Shown here piece by piece: positions 35,590-48,280 of a DNA stretch of 64,000 nucleotides. Below the pieces are notes generated by a model, which had not been told where the DNA came from, did no database searches, and worked only from the letters and a program-made list of their open reading frames with translations. Position 1 is the first letter of the stretch, and each line of letters opens with the position of its first letter. A program made the position numbers and the translations under genes. The DNA is taken from positions 19,468,001 to 19,532,000 of the forward strand of contig OZ038379.1 in the NCBI GenBank assembly GCA_964036045.1, written 5' to 3'. This stretch comes from Eutreptiella sp. 'Long Island Sound 2002' (lineage: Eukaryota > Protista > Euglenida).

Positions 35590-38500
35590 TTGCTTTCTGA
35601 AGCTGGCGGCACTGATTGGCAGCTCGCCATTTGCCCTTGTCCTCTCCCTTGAACCCTTTCCCTCCGGGCAGCAGCACCTCTTGGCCTCTCCCCTCTTACC
35701 CTTGTCCTTCCCTGGAATGCTTTCCCTCGTCAACGGGTAGTCCTAACACACGATGTCCTCATCGACGATGCGTGGATCTTGAGAACATGGGGGGGGGGGT
35801 GGGGGGGGGGGGGGGGGCGTCACACCTTACCCAAAGTGCTCCTCGTGCTCCAAATCCTAGCTATACCTCCTGAAGCTACATATAGTACCAACACTGCGCA
35901 TCAGTGGCATTACCATGGGTCCGAAAATGGCACAACCGTCCAACACACAATCATGGTAATTTTTTCTTCTGGTGTTTTTCCACACCTGTCCAGAAGATTG
36001 CACCAATGTATCTGACGCTTAGCCAGGGCCAGAAGCAAATTGATTGTCAGCTTGGTGGTCCAGATAGGCAAGGAGGTGCACTGTGCGTATTCCAACCAAC
36101 AACGAATGTAAACATGTTGGGTACAAGAAAGGCAATTCAGGTGAAAGCACTTCACTCCACTCTGCACTCTCTTCACCTATTCTTGCTTGTTCTTCAACAT
36201 GAATGGTAGCCGCTACACAAGCTATATCATCACCCATTCCATATCATGCTCTGGGGCTAGTCATCTGGAATGATCCTTGGGCCCTAAATCTCCTGCTTGG
36301 CATGCACTGCCGCTCAGAAAAGTGAAAAGGGAATGAGATTCCTGGCAGCATTTGTAACACAGTGTGCAACCCAATCTCATTCTTTCCATGTTTTTGAGGT
36401 TGAAAGTATTGTCCGCATTTGTTGACTGTCGTCAATCCATCCAACCGTCCTCTACTGGCTGTGAGCTTCATGTGGGTGAGACATGTCCCTGTCAGTGGAC
36501 ACCCAGTGGTGGCACATAGTCGCACATAAGCCATATGCATGCCACAGATGACGATGGTTGTCACATGTCACATGGCTTATCCTTAGCGACCGACGACGGT
36601 AGGCGTGAACCGAGGTTTGCGGCAAAACTACGCGAGTTGGCTGGTAATTACCAACAATAGACCGGGTACAACAATAGCGTTCTGGCTTGGCCTCTTCCCG
36701 CTTTGCCTGTACAATAAAGCCTCACAGTATTGGCCACCATTAGTCATGCAGGCACTCTGACCTTGCTCTACCCCGCTCCCAAACCTGTGCAGCAGAACGC
36801 ATACCCGTAGAACAAACACATTGGCGTCGTCGGGTACATTTTCCAGTCTTGATATGGTTGTAAGCAATCCGGCCATTCGGGCCGCGGTAGCATCCGGGGG
36901 GCTTTTGAAGGCTGAAAAGAGTTCCCCAGAATCTGCGCATGCGCCGGCAGGCGGCAAGGGTCACGGACTGGCAACGGGCAGAATCCTGATAGTACCATAG
37001 TACCGACAAACCTAAGGAGAAATGGCGTCATTACTGCGCGTGTGTAGGTTGGCCTGGCCCAAACAGCACTGCCTTTTAACACAAATGTCTGCATGAATGG
37101 CAATGTAAGGCACAGTAACTGCACCCAGCAGCCCCTATAGATTCCTCGCAACACAGCCCTTTGCAGAAATGGCCCGCTCTGCTAGGGCTGGCGTCTTTTA
37201 GGGGGAGTATCTTATGTACGGCCATCCCCCCATCCTCTTGCCATCTATGCCCCCAATTGTCCCAAGGAGTTTCCGCAACCCAGCATATCTAGCCTCTTGC
37301 TCCATTGCATCTCCCACTTGCTGAGGCTCTGGCAAGGTTTGCCGATGGTCAACAATTCTGTGCACCGTGAGACCGGACAATTGGGGGATGCAGCCACCCT
37401 CCACGGGCTGGGCAGATGTCAGGCAAATGGGCGGGGGGGTGTTTGGCATAAAGCCTGTGGAGATTGCTGTCTGAAGGTAGCGGCGCCTATTGGCCTCTCG
37501 CCACTTATCCTTGTCCCTTCCGTGAACTCTTACCCTCCATAGGTACTGGTGTCCATTGGCTTCTCACCACCTTTTGCCTAGATCTCCCATCCTATACTTA
37601 CCTCCCTATACATCCTGCCTTTCCCTTGGTTGGTTGTGCCAACGGAGCCCCCAGACTGTCTCTGTTTGCCATTTGGGGGAGAGGGAGGGTGTTTGGCATA
37701 AAGCCTGTGGAGGTTGCTGTCTGAAGCTGGCGGGGCCTGTTGGCCTCTCGACACTTAATCTCTCCTTAAGCCATTTTCCACCACCCAGTGCAATTCCTCT
37801 ACCGGGCTTGCCATTCCTTACCTAGCTGTGATCCCTTCCTTTCCCTTGGTCCATTGTGTCAACGGAGCCCCCGGACTGTGCTTGTTTCACTGCTTTGTGT
37901 CGGGTCCACACAGAGGACCATTGGTCATGTGCAACGCCGCCCCCTACCAGGGGTGGAGGAACCCTCTCCAACGGCGGCTGTTGGGCCCTGATACGTCCAC
38001 TTGCGGGGTAACACCCGATGGGGGCACATAACACCCTCAGACCTTCCCTTTCCCGCGCTCAGTCCTCCGAGTGCCAAGCACATCACATTTCCCCCCGCCT
38101 CCCATATCTATTGTGTGTGTCACATATCTCTTCCCCCCTTGTTCAGTTTGCGCACCACCCGGTTTGATAGGTGGGGGGGGGGGGGTGGCACAAGGCCTTG
38201 GTGGTTGGCTCTGGGGGGGGGGGGGGGCATGGAGCCTATGTAGATTGCTGTGCGTGAACATCCATGGAAGGCCTGGTCCGGTCATCCTTTCCTACACGAC
38301 GATTTCCTGAGTATTCCGTTGGTCTGCTTCCCGCTGGGCACCGTCCTTCATCAAACCCACCTCCAGCCCTCACCTCTATCTGCCAGTTCCAAGACCTGTA
38401 TCCCGCAGTGCAATTCCCCACGTGCCTTGGGGCGGTGTGTTGTTGCACAATGCTGTCCCCAGGTCACAAACCTGAAGACTCCGGCAAGAATACCAAAATG

Positions 38501-39160
38501 TAGAACACCATCAATCCGATGATTCCCATCATTCTGTGACACCTGCAAAACAAAAAAAAACATATGGACTAGCTTGGCGCCTCAGCAATGCCCTAGACAT
38601 TGAACACCTCCGAATACCACATTTTCCCGCAAGCACCATCTGGCCGGCCAGTCAGCAGTAATAGGTCACCACAGTGGAATATAAAATGTGGTGTTATCAG
38701 GTCATGAGCACAGTGACTGATAGTGTGCCGGGGATCAATGCCAATGTGCTGATCAATGCAATTATTGTGTTGGCAACACCTTGTTTCAAATCTGCATTTT
38801 CCATTTTTCATTTTGCTCAAGCAGACCGCCACAGATGGTACAAAACTGCAGGTTGATCGACATGCAGTGTTCAGAAGTGTCTGTAGAAATCGTTTGGCGA
38901 AATGGATAGCATTGTGCAGAAAAGCTGGGGTGCTGCAACAACGTATGTGATGGGCACTTCCATTTGGGCGGACGGGGGTTTGACATTCAGCCTATGTAGA
39001 TTGCTCTCTGAAGCTGGCAGCACCTATTGGCCTCTCGCCACTTACCCTTGTTTAGGGGGGTTTGGCGTGACGCCATAGTAGATTGTTGTCTGAAGCTGGC
39101 GGCATCTAGTGGCTTTTCGCCACTTATCCTTGTCCCTTCCGTGAACCCTTTCCCTTCATC
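35590..39160 (-). repeat. Five dispersed copies of a ~100-bp coding-like module (peptide G.DK.KWR.AN..RQLQ.AI)
   Basis: Copies at ~35590-35700, 37440-37545, 37690-37770, 38985-39050 and 39058-39160. The same peptide is recoverable from each. Confidence 0.7.
36750..37010 (-). mobile_element. Weak RNase H-like retroelement remnant
   Basis: LWYYQDSA and, after a frameshift, ARMAGLLTTISRLENVPDDANVFV loosely recall the Y.DGS and RAE..A.L motifs of non-LTR RNase H. Confidence 0.3.
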
Positions 39161-40159
39161 GGTAGTGGTGCCCATTGGCTTCTCACTGCCTTTTGCCCTT
39201 GCTCTCCATTAGTGCCTATCCTTACCTCCCTACAAATCCTTCCTTTCCCATGGGAGGGCGACTCCTCGGCTCTGGACGCCAACTACCCCCCCCCCCCCCC
39301 CACTAACCGTTGCCCAACCACTGTGACAGCCACAAGCAAATGAGGGGTTTCACGGCACGCTCATTCATGTCAAGAGATGTTTTGTGAGGGATTGTGCCAT
39401 CTACAATATCTACACAATGCTGCACAAGGCACAATTCTGCTCTTTGGCAGACGTGGTGTTGACAGCTTTTCTTGACCAATTGATCCCCAGAATTCAGGGC
39501 ATGGGATCTATTGGGTAGACCTGACAAAAGGTACACATTACGGTCCAGAAAAATATACGAGCGGTCTTCAACCTTAATCAACCTTAGCTTGGTGGTCTTC
39601 AACCTTAGCTCCTGCTTGTAAAAATTACTAGAAACTGACATCCACAATTGCAACAACTGGAGTGCCATTAGGAAGTGCATGTTCTTTGCAGATTCCCATG
39701 AAATGTTCATTTTGTCTGTTCCATTAGTCGCTTGAAGGCGTCTTCACAATAGAAGAGGCGTTCGTTGCATGGTCATGGTACAAAATGGAACTCATCAAAT
39801 GTGGTGCAGGTGTGGGGAACTTGGCTCACATTTCTCAGTAGTCTGCTTCCACAACGGTTGGAAGATCTACATTTCACCAACGGCATTTGTTACTAGTGCC
39901 CCCGTGACACAACGTTTCTCGTGGCCAAATGCAATGTTTTGCCAGATAGGAATGAGCATAGCGCACTGCTGTTGAATGAACAATTTTGATTTTAACCCTA
40001 GATTTACCCTCCCCTAAAAGCCCTGCAAATAGACTAGAGTGGACCGCAAATGCAGGACATGGTCCCATGGTCCATACAGAGGGCAACAGACGTGCCGAAT
40101 GCAAAGTTGCGTAAAATGCAACAAAACACGCACAGACTAGTGCAACTCATCAAGGGCCC

Positions 40160-40920
40160 GAAACCAGATGTTCTAAGGCCAAGTTCTTGCACTGCGTGCG
40201 CACTGCGTGGGCACTGCGTGTGCACTGCGTGCATACTGCACACGGCAGAGGCCGGTATACTCACTCAAGAATACCTGTCACCTGACTGGTTGCACAACGA
40301 AGCAACAAAACCCACATGAGACCGACGAAACTGCCTTCAACTTGGTACTCCACTGTCCCTATGAACAAACCACTCAGCCTTGTAAAGTCCGCTTGCTTCG
40401 AGTGTTTCGGTGCCCGTGGCTTCGCTCTTGGAGGCGGCGATGAGATGTCCCTTGACTCGGAGTGCAGGGAATGCGTTGTCCGTGGTCTCTTGGGTGATGG
40501 GGACCGCGAATAGGGTGAAGGGGAGGGAGGTGGTGATTCTGAGCGTGGGCGCGACACAATTGTTGATGGCGAGCGAGGTCAGTGATGTGGTGGGGATGAA
40601 GGCCGTACCACAAACTCCTCAAAGTCCGCGGGCTATGTATGGCTACATCACCCCGGCCTTCTCGGGGTCCCCATAGTAAGGAGAGTTCAATATGGGGGAT
40701 GGAAAATGGGTAAAAATGGTTGACATTGGGCAACAAAGGGTGACAATTCAAATGTGCCACATCCCAAATGCATAGGTAGAAAAAAAACTACAAAAAAACC
40801 CAGTATGGAACCAAAAACTTGTCAAAAGGGGCCAAAAGTAGGGTCCGAGTATTGGCCGACATCCAAAACTTCGCACTGCGTGCGCACTGCGTGTGCACTG
40901 CGTGCGCACTGCGTGCATGG
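40160..40920. mobile_element. Repeat-bounded segment 4 (GCACTGCG-end family) with a Ser/Pro-rich ORF (40261-40557, minus strand)
   Basis: (GCACTGCGTG)n arrays at ~40189-40240 and ~40872-40917. Left flank matches 5881-5925 and right flank matches 6563-6600. GGCTACATCACCCCGGCCTTCTCGGGGTCCCCA (~40640) matches the 170-bp unit. Confidence 0.55.
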
Positions 40921-40949
40921 CATTCCCTAAGGGGGAGTGTTTGCCCTGC

Positions 40950-42980
40950 GCACACCCTACACGCCACTTTTATGATGACTTCCCCAAATTGAGTCCCCGA
41001 GTTTACCATTACCATATGAAGCCCCCGAGTAGACCAACAGCCGCCCCTTGCCTACCAAATGAAGCAACAAACCATCCGTGAGCGACATTTAACAGACCGC
41101 CACAGACTGCTGTATCCTCCGGACGGATGGGATCGTAGTCTGGGACCGGTAGCCGTGTGGCCATTTTGGCGAATAAGTCCATCTCCCCATTGCGCCGGAT
41201 TTGCTCACGTCCTTGTGCATTGCGGGCCTCGGACTCTTGACGGTGACTGGGGATCTACTCTATGATGATTCGCTTGTGTTGCGTGTGATCACACACCTTG
41301 TGGCGGACGTCGGAATAAGAGCACTCCCACATGGGTTGTTTGTTGGCACATTTGGTCACGGCCATGCTGTCGATGTACCCGAGCGAGAATGCGCAGGGGT
41401 CCTTTTGTCACTGCACCTCCCACGGCTTGGTACTCGGAGCCCGTGATTCCACCGTTTGGAGGCCGCCGTCGGCATACAGTGACATGCCTTCAGGCTGCTT
41501 TTGATTGTACTAACCCCTTCAAATGCACCAAAGTGTAGAGGAAGCAAACGTGGTCCCCATAGGCCACTGGGTTGGCACCCTAGGACTTGCGGGGACAAAA
41601 TCGGAGGGTCCCACAAGGGTAGGGATTGAAAATAGCCCAAAAAGCTGCCCTGCGCACGCCCTGCGCGCTAACGCTCCCTCTAACCAAACCCCAATCCCAC
41701 AATTGCTCCATGCGTGCCCTCCACCACCCATGTGCATCATTGTGCAACTGTTGCTGGGCCATCAAAGTTCCATTCTTCTTCGGTTGAATGGCACATTGAC
41801 ATGCACTCGGCTTTTACAAGCACCGCCATGGCCCCCCACCTCAAAATCAAAGATACCATATCCCCTACTCAAGGGGCCACTAAATGTGTGGATTGTTTGG
41901 TGTGGATATGGGGTGAGACAAAGCAAGGAGGGAGCCGAAAATGGTCATGGGTGGGAAATGGGTCCAAAACGATGGGCACCCTAGGAAGTTCGTGAGTTCC
42001 CTTCACAAGGGGGAGGTGGTGCACCAGGGTTTCATCAAGTGCACTCCTCATGCGCTGTGGAATACTTGTGACACCTTTGGTCCTTACCATGTGCGGTTCG
42101 GTTGTCAGCAACATCAAAAATGTACAGCTGCCATTTGTTGTCTTTGACCATGACCAGATCAGCCAATGTATTTTGGGGACGATCGGTATCCGAAGATCTC
42201 AAGTCCGGCCCTATCTCCTCTTGAAATCCCTGACCCATGAATGGTTGATATATGGCAGCACAAAACCCTCAGCCCCCAACCGATTTTTTCTAGAGTGCTT
42301 CTTTGACTGCCAACAAAATTGTTTCTTTGTCCTTTGGCCCACCTTCTTGATAGCTTGCTAAAAAGTGCTATACAAGTGCAGCATTTTCATCCTCTTGCAA
42401 AGTACGTGGATGCCCAACAGGGTTGGTGTGGCTCTGCTCAGCAAACTTTGTTGCCCACTCCTGTAAAGTACTCCGAGGGGGACACTCATCACCCAAAGCA
42501 ATTTGCATGATTTCAAGCCGGCACACATGAATTGCATACCTCCTGTTTCTCCGGCAGAGACCAATTGTGCCAAGGGTTCGCCTTGTATGAACCACGTTTG
42601 TTGCCTTTGCCTTTGCCTTTGCCTTTGGGGGCAACACGTTTCAAATGGTCACCAAGAACAGCAACATTTTGTGTGGGTTCACAAACATCCATGGGCTTGC
42701 AATACGACAACACACTGTGCACGGCCCAAAATCCTGCCAATACATCCTCACATGTAATACATGGGCACCAGTACCTCCCACAAAAGAAAAATGTCAGCCG
42801 CCTACAAAGGGAGCAACAAATGGCCACACTCAGAACCTCGGGGCGGTGGGCTCCTGAAATGGTTATGGGATTAGTGTTACACGGTGGCACAAGGCATACA
42901 TATATATAGGGGTTGGAATGCAAGTGCATAAGTGTGGCCATAGCAACTCGGGGTGGTGGCCCCGGACCACACGCCATGAC
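40950..42980 (-). mobile_element. Degenerate non-LTR retrotransposon segment: basic/Cys region, restriction-like endonuclease, RNase H
   Basis: RLE-like ADLVMVKDNKWQLYIFDVA...KDQRCHKY (42035-42238). In one frame at 41155-41479: LYADGG, YIDS, IE*IPSH (TGG->TAG) and RNGEMDLFAKMA. Upstream YVCLVPPC and KGKGKGKG. Confidence 0.65.
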
Positions 42981-43045
42981 GGTACATCACCCCTCCCCGC
43001 TTACACACTTGCACAAGCCTCCTCCCCAAACGTTTCGAGGAAGGG

Positions 43046-43157
43046 AAGGGAAGGGCCTAAGACCCAGAGTGGCTCCTTGGAACACTTTCTACGGATCAAC
43101 CTAAGAAGGGGAGGGCCTAAGACCAAGAGTGGCTCCTTGGAACACTTTCTACGGATC
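43046..43157 (+). repeat. 60-bp tandem duplication
   Basis: AGGGCCTAAGACCMAGAGTGGCTCCTTGGAACACTTTCTACGGATC occurs twice. Confidence 0.9.
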
Positions 43158-44120
43158 GACGTAAGAAGGGGAACCCTGCAAAGCTGCAAATGAATGGCAA
43201 ATTCCAAACTTCCAGTTGCATATCCCCTGCTCGAGACGTGTGGCACGTTTCCGAAGATCGGGACTGGGGTTGCTGGGCTGGGGGGGCATCTGTGCTTGGG
43301 CCGTACTGAGCCATGCAGTGGACACAGCAAGTGCCTACTGAAAGGGGGTGGGTGCTACTGAGTCGCGCATGGTGCAGGGCTAATTCCTAGCGAGACCTAG
43401 ACACACTGTGATCCCTCAAGAGGAAGTGGTGAGGGGTTAGGGTGTGCAAGGGTGTGCATCTTGCCGGACAAACCTTTTTTGACCACTCACTCTTAGTTGC
43501 GGACATCATTTGTCATGGAGTTGGTTCCGTCATTTTTTAAAATGTGGATTTGGGTGGTGTTGTTGCAAAATGGACCAAATATGTATCTAGGAAGTAGAAT
43601 TTGGTATCTGGATGTGGAGACAAGACAACCGCAGACCGCATTCCAACCCCATTGCAGTGACAAAGCACCACAATGTAGACCCGTCCCAGTGCAAAGACAA
43701 GAAAAAATGCATTATAGAACAATGCGGAGCGGTGCCATTCGCCCACTGAGAGTAGTGGAGTTGATGGGGGTCGATGGGGTCGAGATTCAGCGCGCCTGCT
43801 CCCGTTAGCAATCACAAATAACAAAATGACATTAGTCAATCAACATCAAACACTACGGAACCATCAACAGCAGGGCAGCAAATGGAGCAATATAAGCATC
43901 TGGCGTGCAAAACTGCTGCTGCAACCTCCAGTAAAAACTTTGCAAATTGGGTCCCCCACAAAAAGATGGGTGTGCCTCATTGTGCAGATGCCTCTTCTTC
44001 CTTTCAGGGAAAGCCACAAACAGTAAACTTTCACGCCCCTTCCCCCGGATCCGGGATGCCCGCCCCCTTTGTATGCAATCGCATGCTGGGGCGCCACTTT
44101 CGCTCTTCACAGTCTATACA

Positions 44121-44971
44121 CTGTGACTCCCAGTGCTGTCACTCTCTACTATCACTCTCCTACTGTCACTCTCTGCTGTCGCTCTCTACTCTTACTCTCT
44201 ACTGTGACTCTCCTACTGTCACTCTCTACTGTCACTATCTATTGTCACTCTCTACTGTCACTCTCTACTGTTACTCTCTACTGTCACTACCTGCTGTCAC
44301 TCTCCTACTGTCACTATCTACTGTCACTCTCTACTGGCCATCATGTCCTGTTTTGGCCGGCGGCCCCTCACAGGGGCCACCCCAGTGCCCCTGGGCTGGG
44401 AGGACGGAGGGCTGCTATGGGGAGTGTGGCACGGTTCCCTCTGCCATAGGGTACCTTATGGACAGGTACAGAGATCAGGGTGCCCCGTTATCCGTCTTGA
44501 GTTGCAGATAAGGGCAGTTTTGCAGGTCCATGGGACCCGTTCACAGCGGAGTTCGGTCCCGATCCCTCCCCTGCCCCTGCCCTGTCCCCACCACCTGCCC
44601 CTGTGCGTGTCCCAACCCTAGTTCTTATCCGTCGTGTCGCGTGTCGCCGCTCTTCCGCCTTTGTGCCCGCCCTTCCCCCAAGCCTCCATATCCACCAGTC
44701 CCGAGATATGTGTCAAATCACTTGAGCCACATTCTGCGGTTTGCCATGAAGATACTCCTGCAGCCAGGCTTTTTGAGGTTGGACTATGCTGCCAGAAAAG
44801 GAGTGCCAGTCTCGAGTCAGCGTGACAGTAGGAGAGTGACAGTAGGAGAGTTACAGCAGGAGAGTGACAGTAGTGACAGTAGGAGAGTGACAGTAGTGAC
44901 ACTAGGAGAGTGACAGTAGAAGACTGACAGTAGGAGACTGACAGTAGAGAGTGACAGTAGGAGAGTGACAG
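44121..44971. mobile_element. Foldback-like structure: inverted arrays of a ~13-bp minisatellite flanking a ~470-bp unique core
   Basis: Left arm (CTACTGTCACTCT)n at 44121-44338. Right arm (AGAGTGACAGTAG)n at 44805-44971, the reverse complement. Inner ends ACTGGC/GCCAGT. Confidence 0.65.
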
Positions 44972-46715
44972 ATTGCTAAGGGACATCGTCTTTGGTATAG
45001 ATAGCTAAAACCCCAAGCTGACACATAGCCGCCCTCCCTTTTCAGCGCATGCCCTTGCGACCCAGACCCGCACATAAGGGCACATGAGATGCTGCTGAAT
45101 CGAACTTGCAGTTGAATAACGTCGCTCAAATCCCGCCTCAAAATCCACTGCAAGACAAATTCCACGCAACTTTCCAATGGAGCTGCAGGTGCTCGTACAA
45201 CTGCTTAGCATTCTTTGTGGCACGGATGCAGTTGGAGCAAGAGGACGTGCGTGCGCGGCAGACACTTGCTGAGCTTGAGGAGAGGAGAGGAGAACACAGT
45301 GTGCAGAGACAAGGTCATGTACAGGGCCATGATCCGATCTGAACACCAGCCCAACTCCCCAACCGCCTCCCAATTTCGGATTCAGACAGAGGTGCGTGAA
45401 AGAATCTGAAGCCTCATGCGTCTCGCGCTTTGCCTACTTGGAGTAGGTGCAGCACGCAGTGCTAGCCCCATAAGGTTCGTACAGGGCATGTGTAACACAT
45501 CACATTGGTCGGTGCCAGGATGCCACATCCCAGAGCACAGGCGCATGGGCACGCGCCACCAATATCTATGCGAGGTCCCCAGCAAGAAACAATGCGGAAG
45601 CTGGCGGCAGCATAAGCAGGGGCCGGAAACTGATCACCCTGGCTCGAGTGCATTGAAGCCTGAAGGAGACTCGGACTCGAGACTTCCCGGGGCGCCGTGC
45701 ACAAGCTCACGCTGCACATGGCACAGTTGGCACGCATGCGGGCACCCAGACAGAAGCGAGTCCTCAGGTGCAGAAAGGATGTGGAGGGAAGGGCAGGGAC
45801 GGGTCGGGAACGAAAGGGACTGCACCCAAACGCCAACAGGCGCCTGAATTTGTGTACGGTTCCATGACTGGGTGGAGGCATATCAAAGAGGCAGCTCCAA
45901 TCCAGTGAAGAAGGGCTGCACTCCCGAGGCTGCTCTACAGCATAACACGGAGTGAGTCCACCCGCCAAATTGCCGCTGAGGGTTGCTGAGGAGTGCCAAA
46001 CGTGACTCAGGTGTACAGGTGAGCTGCGTGCAATCCTTTCACAGCTCGGGCACGCACCCAGATGCATGGGCGAGGAAATCAGAGGCAAGGGCAGGGGAGG
46101 AAGGGGGGCTGGGTGTGTTGCTGGACCACAGCCCCTGCACATGAGATGGGGATCTGGAGGGTATATAATAATAGGGTAAGGCGTAAGGGGTGGTGTAGAG
46201 CCCTGGTACATTGGAATAGCCCTGAATGACTGTCTTCTGCCAGTTGCCTGGAGGAACCAGGGGGACCAGGGAAGAGCACAGGAAGAGCCAGGAGAAGCCT
46301 GGAAGGAGCTGGGAGGCCCACGGACAACAAGCACAAACCCAGAAAACAGCAGGGGTCTTGCAGGGCGAGAGAGGAGTTGTGAGAGCGGTGCGGCTTAGCT
46401 GTTCCTGTGATCGGGGCTGTAGCTTCGACGCATTACCTTTCAGAAAGGCTCAGAAAAACGTATTTACAGGGCCGGTGCTCAGCAAAAACACACATTCACA
46501 GGGCCGCACACTGCAGCAGGACAGGCAGTGCAATTGTACAAATTGCTCAACCCCTTCCCTTATCATTGTCGCGGTCTAACACAGGTGGCAGGCGGTATGC
46601 AGCAGCTTTCAGAGGTGAAGATGCACTGCTCCTTAGGGTAGGCGGATTCGTGAAGTGTGCTGGAGGCCAGGGCTGGCACTTGGATGCATCAGTATCCTTG
46701 GTCTTTCACCTACAC

Positions 46716-47189
46716 CTTCAGGCAGTACTGGCCATCGCCCTTTTTCCCACACACAATGTTGACCACAGAATCCAATAGTGTCGGACTACTGGCAAGTAAC
46801 TGCCACACGCCATCAAAAAACCTCGTCTGGCACTCATCTTCTTTGCTGTACGCAATCATGAAGGCGGCTCGGCAGTTACTGTCCCCAGTGATCACTCTCA
46901 GAGCATTGCTGATCTTTGCAATGCAACTTTCGCACACGAAGTTGAGAATTGCTTCCGCAACGTCAGGGGCGTACTGACACATGTTACTAGCAGCATGCCA
47001 TGTGCAGTTCCCCGTGCACGAAGACTCAGCAGTAACCTTGTCGCAGTCAACCTCAAACCGCGCAAAAAGATCTTGGGCGGGCTCTTCACAGTCATCCAAC
47101 AAAGCCGTAAATTGCTTGAAAGCAGGGCACAATTCCTGCTGAGGCACGAATTTGGGCTCCTCCATCAGCGCCTTGTATTGTTGGAGGAC
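46716..47189 (-). CDS. Cys-rich extracellular protein, internal exon (or pseudogene segment)
   Basis: Acceptor CCCATTTGTACAG|GTC. 158 codons with regularly spaced Cys (ELCPAF...DCDK...SCTGNCTW...NIVCGKKGDGQYCLK). Possible donor AAG|GTGTAG. Confidence 0.55.
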
Positions 47190-48280
47190 CTGTACAAATG
47201 GGAAGTGTGTGACCTTGACAGACAGATCCAACACAACAGCGATAGAAGCAGCAAACGTGCAACAGCAACCGTGATTGCAACTGCAACGGCAACTGCAATT
47301 GCAACTGCTGCAACAGGAACGAGTGGTTACCCAGTTAGTAGGGTGGGTGAATTTGGTGGCTCAGTATCCCCGTTACTCACTCAGGAAGGGGGATGGGGGG
47401 ATTACTAATGTGGCCAGGGGTTCACTGACCCCCCTCACTCCGTCAATAGCCCATCCAAAGTCAGCAAGGGGAGGGTCATAACCCCCTAATGAGCGACGAT
47501 GGTGGGGGGCTACTGAGTTTGGATATGTCCCTTGTTTCACCCGTTCGGCCTTGTCATGGATGTTGCAGTAGCAGAGTTGAAGCCATCAATATCCCTACAT
47601 TGATGCCTTTTGAGACGCTAAAGGACTTGAAGGGCATTGCACAGCGCCAAAACTTACTGGTGCGCATCGCATGAGCCATTTTGGTGACGAGGATTGGCAA
47701 CGTCACCGTGGGGAAGGCGGAGCACAACAGCAAATCCCACAGCAAGAAATAGAACAACCACAGTGCTGCTGCAGCTGCACAAAACTCGTGCACTGAAGGA
47801 TGTGGCGACACTTAATTCGGGACCGAGGATGCCCGAAACTATGACAGCACACCAACGCTCGCTTTTGCATACCTGCTTCTCGGGGATTCTCGGAGTGTCG
47901 GTGTCTGGTGCTTTGCAGTGTCCGTGCTACCCTGGCCCGCTGACCGTGTCTGCACAACAGGGGGGGCGGGGGGCGCACTATTTTATTGCAGCATGGGCGT
48001 CGCATTGAGCGCCTTCGTTGCATCAGATTCACGGATTGTGTAAGTCGTGATTCGTAGCCAACCTTCCAAATTTGAAGCTTCGACTCATACCCTCGAGCGC
48101 ACTGGGCAGGCCCTCCTCCTGCTGTGGCATTTAGATCGTGTACATCGGCTCCGTGGAAGGGCGCTATCTAATCACAGTGCCGTGCACGGGGGCCTCAAAA
48201 GTGGTTGCCAAGGCGGGTACTGGTGGTTGGAAAGGCATCTGGCGGTTCCAAAAGGGTTGGTGGGTCTCTGGGGGATGGAC

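Noticed and set aside
39303-40104. AT-richer decayed frames that might be the missing RT of the 41-kb element or a transposase
   Set aside because: No RT or DDE motif could be recognised in any frame.
26376-46712. Stop-codon reassignment to explain in-frame TAG/TAA/TGA in several frames
   Set aside because: The intact GH29, methyltransferase and C2 frames have no internal stops and end in ordinary stops. The interrupted frames also have frameshifts and all three stop types, which fits decay.
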